A stretch of DNA of 64,000 nt from Octopus vulgaris (taxonomy: Eukaryota), in assembly GCA_951406725.2 (NCBI GenBank), contig OX597826.1, forward strand, positions 48,732,001-48,796,000, given 5' to 3'. The position numbers and the translations under genes were made by a program. This document shows positions 53,575 to 64,000 of this stretch, in pieces. The notes beneath the pieces were generated by a model. It was not told the DNA's origin, made no database searches, and saw only the letters and a list, made by a program, of their open reading frames with translations. Each line of letters starts with the position of its first letter. Position 1 is the stretch's first letter.

Positions 53575-53677
53575 AAGAATGTTGTTGACAGTGACTTCGC
53601 AGTTTTGGCCAGCTAAGCCATTGTCGAACAATGGTTTAGCTGGCTGAAAATTCGAAGTGACAGTCAATAGTATTCTT
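53575..53677 (+). other. Long hairpin: 50-bp stem, 3-nt loop
   Basis: Manual pairing on the + strand gives 40 Watson-Crick pairs, 6 G.U pairs and 4 mismatches. Confidence 0.9.
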
Positions 53678-53802
53678 GGTTATACACACATATCTTCATT
53701 TATTAATTTTTATTTTTCTAGTATATTTTATTTAGATTTACAACCTTTTGCAATAGTTCCAGCTGTATTGTTTTCTTTTTTGTTAAGATTTATTTTATTA
53801 TT

Positions 53803-54155
<353 letters not shown>

Positions 54156-54407
54156 TATTATCTAATTACATAAAAAAAAAGAGATAAAAAAAATATACCA
54201 GTTGACTATGAAATATACCAAGTAGGTAGGTAGATAGATAAGAAAGTATACTATCATCCTCATCATCATCATTTTAACATTTACTTATCCACACTTTCAA
54301 GGGTCCAACAATTTCTAGAGATGGAATTTCTATATGGTCAGATACTCTTCCTGTTGTCAATCCCCACTTGTTTTCAAGTAAGATAATATTTCCCCATGGC
54401 TAGACAT

Positions 54408-54632
54408 GTGGAGGCATGTGGCTTAGTGGTTAGAGTGTTGAACTCATGTTCATAAGATTGTGGTTTCGATCCTTGCACAGGGCAGTGCATTGCAGTTTTG
54501 AGCAAAATACTTCATTTTTCATTGTTCCAGTCTACTCAGCTGGCAAAAGTGAGTAATTTTGTGACAGACCAGCATCCCGTCCAGATGGGGAAATTTATGT
54601 GCCAAGGAAATTGGGAAACCAGCTCTTGTGAG
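54408..54632 (+). mobile_element. SINE family E
   Basis: tggcttagtggttagag...ggtttcgatcc head; colinear with 9128-9346. Confidence 0.75.
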
Positions 54633-55545
54633 TTGGTAGGTAGGTTGGTTGGTTGGTAGGTAAGTGGGCAGGTCGGTAGGTTGGTGATCCATTAGAAAAT
54701 GTGTTTGTTTTGTTTAAGGTTTATTTTGTCTTGTAGCATGGCTTAGATCAAAGGAAGCTGAGGCAGTATTTCTACAGCTGGATGCAATTCCTGTCATCAA
54801 CCTTCATCTATTTCTGAACTTAGGAAATTTATTTCTTCTCAAAAAATTTGAAAGAGCAGAACCTCAGGGTAATTTGTTGACATGAAATATCAAAGAATAT
54901 TACTAGTTACTGCCCAACCAAAAACGGTGACATCACTGATTGTTACTGAATGTAACCATGCATTTAGTAACTGTAGCCCTGTGCACTTTTGTAAGCTTTC
55001 TTATAAACACTCCTCCACTTTTCATAAGGCAGAGATATGTCACCTTTCCCTTCATGCTTGGAGAATTACTCAAGCAAGGAGGTGCATGTCTTGGTAACAC
55101 ACTACTACCATGCTGCCAGTTTTGTATTCATTTTATATTCAATAATGTTAATAAACTTATTTCCACTGCCGTTAATACCATTTATAACATTTTTGAATAT
55201 TTTCATTTGGTACAATATGTAAGTGAATGCGAGTGTTGATGTTGTTGTAGCAGTGGTTTCTAATATCATTACAAATATTTACATCACTTATAAGTCTTTT
55301 GTGTCAAAGATGTTCTTGTTTATTCTTCTTGGGAAATGCCAATGTTTTATTGTGTGATTAAACAGGTTTTCCTTTTTTTGTTTTATATTCTTGTTTGTTT
55401 TTTGTTGTCTCTTCTATATTATATACTTGAGCTTTTTTACTGGGTGTCATCTCTTGAGTTTGTGGTAACCCCTTTCAGTATGAATGTCACACACACACAC
55501 ATACAAGTCAGTGTTTAAAATGTCTGAAAAAAAACAACCTATTTC

Positions 55546-55629
<84 letters not shown>

Positions 55630-56167
55630 CATATGAAGAAACAAATCCAGAAGTATTCCAAAATGGTTCTTTGAAAAAAAAAACTAAATTTAAAAATCAA
55701 TGCTTTTTCCTCTTCAATTAATCTTGTTAAAACCAAATTCTACAAAGCAACAAGTCTCACATTTTCCCCCCATATCAAATACAACAACAACAACAACAAC
55801 AACAATATAACAGTAATATGATTTTGAAACAAGGTCAGCCATTTTGAGGGGAGTGAATTAGTCAATATCATTGGTTCCAATACTTGGTTGGTACTTTATT
55901 TTATCGACCTCCCCCCCACCTGGATGAAAGGCAAATTTGACCTCAGTGGGAAATGATGATGATGGTATTGGTGGTGGTGGTGGTGGTGGTGGCAGCAGTG
56001 GCGGCGATGGCAGATGTGACGAGGAGGAGGAGAAGAAGGAGGGTGAGGAAGAGGAGGATTTCTTTTTACCCTATCATTTTTGCCACAGTCAACCACCTTT
56101 TGACACCTTTTTACAAAGCAAAGAACACTTCCCTCCCTGCCTTCTCTTTTCCTTTTGTTTCTTCAGT

Positions 56168-56612
<445 letters not shown>

Positions 56613-57459
56613 GCCATCATCATCATCATCCATATGGTCCCCATGGTTATCATCCCTCTTACCATTATCATCACTATCATAATTGACAGCAGCAGCAGTA
56701 GTAGCAGCAGTAGTAGCAGCAACAATGTCCTCACTTTTGAATATGGTTAGTGTGGGTTATGTATGTCCAAAAGACATTGACACGTAAACAGCTGTTTCTA
56801 GTTTGTAATTGTATTTTCAGAGTGACAACAATAATTTTCCGTGGAACCATTTTAATTAAGCTTGTCTTTCTAAGAGACAAACAAAATTAAATGAAATAAA
56901 ATTCATTAGCAGGAATCTAATTTAAATGGTAATGAAGTGTAGATTATAATTTCAAGTTTCATTCAAGAAAATCAGGTCCTTAAGTATAAGGCTTCATTGC
57001 TGTTCCCTAATACATAAACTTATGGCTGTGTGGTAAGAAGCTTGCTTCCCAACCACATGGTTCCTGGTTCAGTTCCACTGCATGGTACATAGGCCAAGTG
57101 TTTCCTACTATAGCCTCAGTGTTATGCATGGATTAGGTGGAAGGAAACTAAAAGGCATTATTATATGGATATCTATATATACATATTCTTTTATTCTTTT
57201 TCTTGTTACATTCATTTGACTGTGGCCATGCTGGAGCACTGCCTTTAGTTGAACAAATCGACCGCAGGACTTATTCTTCGTAAGCCTAATAATCATTCTA
57301 TCGGTCTCTTTTGCTTAACTCTTTTGCCTAACTGCTACTGCTAACAGATATAAGCTTTGATCAGCAAACAATTTGTTCACTGAAAGTATAAACAAAACCA
57401 GCAGCTTCATTTAGGCTCAGAGTTTTGGCTGCTTCTGGCTGATGAGATGCAAGATATTC

Positions 57460-58290
57460 TTTTCTTCTCTACGCAAAAGCCTGAAATTTTTGCAGGGGGG
57501 GTGCAGTCGATTAGATCGACCTCAGTATGCAACTGGTTCTTATTTTATCGACCCTGAAAGGATGAAAGTCAAAGTCAACCTCGGTGGAATTTGAACTCAG
57601 AATATAAAGACGAACGAAATACTGCTAAACATTTCGACCAGCATGATAATGTTTCTGCCAGCTCGCCACCTTTGAGATGCGAGATATTGAAATACCAATG
57701 TCTCAGAACGTTGTACATCAATGAACCAAGTGTTTTGAACACACTATTGTTGTTAAAGGGAGCAGTTATTCTAAGACATACACAACAGTGCCCAGCATAT
57801 TTTGTATGTGATCCTGCTTTTGGATATTGAAAACAGAGATGCAAATATTCATGCACCATGCAATAATTATTCCATTATTACTAGAAGGTGATTGGCAGCA
57901 AATTGACAGAATCATTAGCATGCTGGGTAAAATTTTTCCGACAATTCATCTATCCTTATATTTTGAGTTCAAATTCTGCTGAGGCCAACTTTACAGTTCA
58001 TCCTTTCAGGGTTGATAAAATAAAGAACAGTTGAGTATCGGGATTGATGTAATCAATTTAACACACCCGTGCCCTTGAAATTACCGGCCTTGTGGCAAAA
58101 ATCTGAAACCGTTATTAATAAATGGTGGTGAACTGACAGAATTGTTAACTTATCAAACAAAATGTTAGTGGTGTTTCTTCCAGCTCTTTATGTCATGAAT
58201 TCAAATTCTGCCAAGGTTGACTTTGCCTTTGATTCTTTTCAGGGCTGCTAAAACAAGAATAAGTTGAGCACATTGTTGATGCAATCAACC
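57460..58290. mobile_element. SINE B cluster (- 57460-57670; + 57895-58110; + 58122-58290)
   Basis: Homology to other B copies. Confidence 0.75.
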
Positions 58291-59154
58291 TAATGTTATT
58301 TTTTGATGTAGAAATCGAAATTTCAGGCCAAAATTTATGGTCAAAAACGGTGGATTGACTTATACATGACGATGACTATGGAGGACCAAAATTTCCATGT
58401 GAAATGCAACAGGATTTGGAATGATATCAGTTATGTTTGAATGTTTACACTACATACCACATCGATTTAATACTGGAAAATACAGTATAAGGAGCCCTTC
58501 TAATTCTATGACAAGTTACCCTTACCTAGTGAATCATATGAATCTAACAACCTAACAAGATCACAACTTGTAAGTGAGGGCCTGGGTAACTGTCGATAAA
58601 ATATAATGCAGAATTTCCCTAACGCTTATTTATTGTATGGACAAAAATAAGAAGTGCAACCAGCACCTTGTCCTTGGATGCTTTTCACAAGGCCCACTCT
58701 GTTGTATATATTCAGGTCTGGTCTCTGCTTTTAGATCACATCATCTGGTTTTACATCACCACCTACCACTTTGGGTGTCCCTAGCAGAGTCCACATTGTT
58801 GCACACATTTGAGTCCAGACTCTGGCTTGAGGATGCCTTCACCCCCTCCTCCCCAAATGCATTCAGTGACCCTTTAAAGGGTCATGGGCCTTGTCTTTTC
58901 TCCTGAATAGAAGATGAAAAATAAAACCACACATATGAGAGAGAGAGAGAGAGAAAGAGAGAGAAAGATCGGTGTCAAAGTAAAGAAGGGTAATGTTGAC
59001 CCCAACAGGAAATGAACTCTGATCTTAAAGGAAGAATGAATATTACTGCAGAGTATGTTATCAATAAGTATCATTGGTATTAACGGTTGTAAGTGGGGGG
59101 GAGTGGTAGTGATTATTTTTGCTATGTTAAGATGATGGTAATGATATTAGTGAT

Positions 59155-60465
59155 GAGGAGGAGAAGGAGGTGGGGAGACTGAAGGGAGGGGAGGAGAAGA
59201 GTGAGAGGAAGAAGAGGAGGGGAGGAGGAGGAGGAGGAGGGGAGAGGAGAATGGAGGAGGGGAGGAGGAGGAGGAGGAGGAGGAAGGGGAGGAGGAAGAG
59301 GAAGGGGACGGAGACGAGGAGGAGAAGAAGAAGAAGAAGAAGAAGAAGAAGGGGAGGACGAGGGCGAAGGGGAAGAAGAAGAAGAAGGGGAGGAGGATGA
59401 GGGCAAAGGTGAAGAAGAAGAAGAAGAAGGAGAAGAAGAAGACGAGGACAAGGAGGAGAGGTGGAGGATGAGGTCATCAATCACAACAACAATAACAACA
59501 ACAGTGGTGATGATGATAAAAAGATGATGATCATGGTGGCAATGACGATGATAGCATGGATGGTGATGGTGATGACAAAAACAAGAAAAGCAACAGTGAC
59601 AATGATGATAGGGGCAGAAGAAGAAGAAGAAGAAGAAGAGAAGAAGAAGAAGAAGAAGAAGAAGAAGAAGAAGAAGAAGAAGAAGAAGAAGAAAAAGAAG
59701 AAGGAGAAGAAGAAGAAGACAAACCAGAGACAGAAGAAGAAGGAGAAGAAGAAGAAGAAGAAGAAGAAGAAGAAGAAGAAGAAGAAGAAAAAGAAGAAGA
59801 AAAATAAGAAGAAGAGGAGGAGGAGGGAAGAAGAAGAAGAAAAAGAAAAAGAAGAAGAAGAAGAAGAAAAAGAAGAAGAAGAAGAAGAAGAAGAAGAAGA
59901 AGAAAAAGAAAAAAAGAGGAGGAGGAGGGGGGAAGAAGAAGATGAAGAAGAAGATGAAGAAGAAGAAGAAGAAGAAGAAGAAGAAGAAGAAGAAGAAGAA
60001 GAAGAAGACGAAGCAGAGGAGGAGGAAGAAGAAGAATAAAAGAAGACAAAGCAGAGGAAGAAGAAGAAGAAGAAGAAGAAGAAGAAGAAAAAGAAAAAAG
60101 AGGAGGAGGAGGAGGAGGAGGGGGGGAAGAAGAAGATGAAGAAGAAGAAGAAGAAGAAGAAGAAAAGAAGAAGAAGAAGACGAAGCAGAGGAGGAGGAGG
60201 AAGAAGGAAGAAGAATAAAAGAAGACAAAGCAGAGAAAGAAGAAGAAGAAGAAGAAGAAGAAGAAGAAGAAAAAAAAAAGAGGAGGAGGAGGAGGAGGAG
60301 GGGGAAGAAGAAGATGAAGAAGAAGAAGAAGAAGAAAAGAAGAAGAAGAAGACGAAGCAGAAGAGGAGGAGGAAGAAGAAGAAGAAGAATAAAATAAGAC
60401 AAAGCAGAGGAAGAAGAAGAAGAAAAGAAGAGACAAAGAAGAAGAAGAAGAGGAGGTGGAGGAGG

Positions 60466-60495
<30 letters not shown>
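59155..60495. repeat. (GAA)n/(GGA)n polypurine tract with a ~175-bp higher-order repeat
   Basis: gacgaagcag at ~60007, ~60180 and ~60351; aataaaa.aagacaaagcagag at ~60035, ~60214 and ~60388. Confidence 0.92.
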
Positions 60496-60496
<1 letters not shown>

Positions 60497-60577
60497 GTGT
60501 GATGAAGCCATTCCTCTTATCATCAATGGTGGCAATGGTGGTGGTGGTAGTGGTGGTATCAATATCAATGTTTTCAG

Positions 60578-60609
<32 letters not shown>

Positions 60610-60826
60610 GTGATGGTGGTGGTGATAACACCTAACTCCATATTTATATATCCCATGAAGCATAACTGCATGAGTAAAGATCATCCTGATTTATCTGTAT
60701 AAAGTGTGAAATATTGTGGCTGCTTATTGATTGAAACCATTTATCTTTGTCTATCAATATGTCAGCCATGTGTCTTAGTCATTTGGTTTGGCTCGCTTCA
60801 CATCTGCAGTTTTCATTTATATAGAC

Positions 60827-60874
<48 letters not shown>

Positions 60875-61133
60875 ATAAGTGTGTGTGTATACATGTAGAC
60901 ATGTATACGCACATATATAGATACATATACGTATATGTATCTCTATACATATATATGTGTGTGTGTGTATACATGTATACACACACATATATAAATACAT
61001 ATATGTATATGCATATAAGTACCTATATATATATGTGTGTGTGTGCATACATATACACATATATATGTGCATCTGTATAATCTGTATATATATCTATCTC
61101 TTTATATGTATGTGAGTGTATCAGTATGCATTA

Positions 61134-61169
<36 letters not shown>

Positions 61170-61199
61170 TGTATGTATGTATGTATGTATGTATGTATG

Positions 61200-61244
<45 letters not shown>

Positions 61245-61246
<2 letters not shown>

Positions 61247-61380
61247 CCAGCTGTAGAAACACTGCCAGATCAGACTGGGCCTGGCGCAGCCTTCTGGCTT
61301 CCCAGACCCCAGTTGAACCGTCCAACCCATGCTAGCATGGAAAACGGACATTGAACGATGATGATGATGATGATGATGAT
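61245..61380 (+). mobile_element. Family C tail, 5'-truncated at (TA)n
   Basis: atccagctgtagaaac...(GAT)n. Confidence 0.85.
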
Positions 61381-62513
61381 ATTTGAGTGTGTAGATACAA
61401 ATCTATATCCTTGTGTTTAACTCTCTTTTTCTCCTCCCACTCTCTCCCTCACAATATATCTGTGTGTGAGGGAGTGTATTTATGAATATATATATATACA
61501 CGCACACACACACACACATATATGCATTCATGCCTACACACGCACTCACACTACACACATGGTGATGTGCACTGATGCATGCAGACACATAACAAATACA
61601 GACATCCTGCACCCTATCCTTTATCTGGAAATATTCACGGTTATTTAATTTAATCCCTTTCTTTCCCCTTTCTTCTATCTACTCAACCTCCATTACATCC
61701 TACTCTTATATATTCTATATTATTATTTGTAGACATGACTTAATCTTTCAGACATAATTCTAAACCTTTACTTATTTAATTCTTTACTTAATGCTTTTAT
61801 CAAAGACAAAATATGAACAATAGTTCTTAACCAAGATGTATGATATATTATTCTGCAAAGAAGGAGAAGAATATGATTGAAACCATTCTTTTTTTTTCTT
61901 TTTTTTTTTTGTCTGTCTGTTTGCAGATTGTTTGTTGCAAAGCACAATTATAAACCTTGCGGTAAATTTATTCCATTTCAAAAACATCTTTTATATTTTG
62001 ATATTTATTTTTGGTTTTGATTTATTTTGGAATTGATAAGCTTACAGAATCATTGAAGCACCAGGAAAAAAATGCCTTGCGATAATTCTTCTGTATCTTT
62101 TATCTTTTTTTTAAAAGCTTGTTTCAGTTATTAAACTGTGGCCATGCTGGGGCACAACAATTTTTTTGCTATTTTTCTATATTTTTGTCTTTTATTTTGG
62201 CCTTTGAATTATTTATTTATTCAAATAATTTTATCTTTCATCTTTTACTTATTTCAGTCATTAGACTAAGGCCACACTGGAGCATAGCCTTGAAGAATTT
62301 TAGTCAAATAAATCAACCCCAGTATGTAATTTTTAGGCCTAGCACTCGTTCTATTGGTATCTTCTGCCAAACTATTAAGTTACAGGAATATAAGCACACC
62401 AAGCCTGATTGCCAAGGATTGGTGTGGGGGGAAAAACACAGACTCACACACACGCACATGCACTCAGACACATGCATGCACACACATACTGACACACACA
62501 CACATATATATAC

Positions 62514-62658
62514 TGTTATGTCGCACTTTCGGATGACCACTACTCAACTCGAATCCGTTCTGCTACTCTACCGACTGCTCTCCTGACGTCTAGGCTTCTC
62601 CCTCTATATTTACATATTGGGCTAGCTTACTTCATCGTCTGGGGGTGTCCACACAACA
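62514..62658. mobile_element. 145-bp solo-LTR-like insertion with 5-bp TSD
   Basis: tatac|TGTTATGT...ACACAACA|tatac; TG..CA ends with 7/8 terminal inverted match. Confidence 0.75.
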
Positions 62659-62663
62659 TATAC

Positions 62664-62864
62664 TCTTACTCTTTTACTCTTTTACTTGTTTCAGTCATTT
62701 GACTGCGGCCATGCAGGACCACCGCCTTTTAATCGAGCAACTCGACCCCGGGACTTATTCTTTGTAAGTCCAGTACTTATTCTATCGGTCTCTTTTGCTG
62801 AACCGCTAAGTAACGGGGTTATCAAGCAATGCTAGGGGGACAAACACAGACACACAAACATACA

Positions 62865-62912
<48 letters not shown>

Positions 62913-63076
62913 CAACAGGCTTCTTTCAGTTTCCGTCTACCAAATCCACTCACAAGGCTTTGGTCGACCCAAGGCTATAGTAGAAGACACTTGCCCAAGG
63001 TGCCACACAGTGGGACTGAACCCGGAACCATGTGGTTGGTAAACAAGCTACTTACCACACAGCCACTTCTACGCCT
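62664..63076 (-). mobile_element. SINE family A
   Basis: Colinear with other A copies; further A fragments at ~62240-62450 and 63835-64000. Confidence 0.88.
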
Positions 63077-63542
63077 ATATATACATATATATATAAATAT
63101 ATATATATATTTATACACACAACAGGCTTCTTTCAGTTTCTGTGTATCAAAACCACTCGCAAGGCTTTGGACACTTGCCCAAGGTGCCAAGGTTGGCATC
63201 TGGAAGGGCATCCAGCTGTAGAAACCAAGCCAAAAGAGACTATGGAACCTGCTGCAGTCCATGGCTTTGCCAGTTCCTGTCAATTTATTCAAGCCATGCC
63301 AGTATGGAAAATGGATGTTAAATTGTTGATGATAATGATGGTGGTGATGATGATACATACACACATACAGACTTGTGTGAAATGTATATTTGTATGTTAT
63401 TTCATTATTTTTATTTGACTATTTACTTTTTTATTAGTTATATACTTTTTTGGTATTATATAACTAAATTAAATGTCTTTACCAAGTCTTTCCGAACTAT
63501 TTGCCTTTTCAATTCTGCTTTAATCTATCAATCTAACTGTCG

Positions 63543-63826
<284 letters not shown>

Positions 63827-64000
63827 ATTCTTTAATTGTTTTACTTATTTCAGTCATCTGGCTACGGCCATGCTGGAACACCACCTTGACTCTAACAGTT
63901 ATAGTCGAACAAATCGACCCCAGGACTTATTTTTTAATCCCAGTACTTATTCTATCGATATTTTTTTTCAAACTGCTAAGTTATAGGGACATAAACACAC

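Noticed and set aside
54882-55239. Overlapping short ORFs in non-repetitive sequence
   Set aside because: No recognisable protein motif on either strand; cannot be distinguished from an old unclassified repeat.
57429-57460. ctgatga motif
   Set aside because: No downstream stem and GAAA; truncated by a SINE B tail.
58300-58487. Tigger-like MITE right end (ggaaaatacagta)
   Set aside because: No matching left TIR was found, so it was not called as a feature.
59122-60702. 426-, 396- and 366-aa ORFs
   Set aside because: Translations of the GAA/GGA tract.

Overview
This is AT-rich eukaryotic non-coding DNA with very dense microsatellites and no recognisable host protein-coding exon. Nearly all listed ORFs are translated simple repeats. 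The repeat inventory and microsatellite load resemble coleoid cephalopod (Octopus-like) genomic DNA; this is an inference, not a database result. The window is a nested mosaic of mobile-element relics: three CR1-type LINE 3' fragments (one retaining the RT YADD motif), a Penelope-like GIY-YIG relic, an R4/Dong-type RLE LINE relic, RTE-type LINE 3' ends whose 3'UTR carries a ~62-66 bp stem-loop array, and a deleted mariner transposase. It also holds an intact non-autonomous Helitron, pogo/Tigger- and piggyBac-type MITEs, a 145-bp solo-LTR-like insert and at least five tRNA-headed SINE families (labelled A, B, D, E, F here). The most notable observations are several minimal hammerhead-ribozyme-like motifs, a 50-bp hairpin whose transition mismatches are all G.U on the + strand, a >=55-bp duplication around a CR1 fragment, a covarying 3' hairpin shared by SINE A and the CR1 LINE, and a conserved-stem/variable-loop array in the RTE 3'UTR. 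Boundaries were read by eye and are approximate unless a TSD or TIR is cited.
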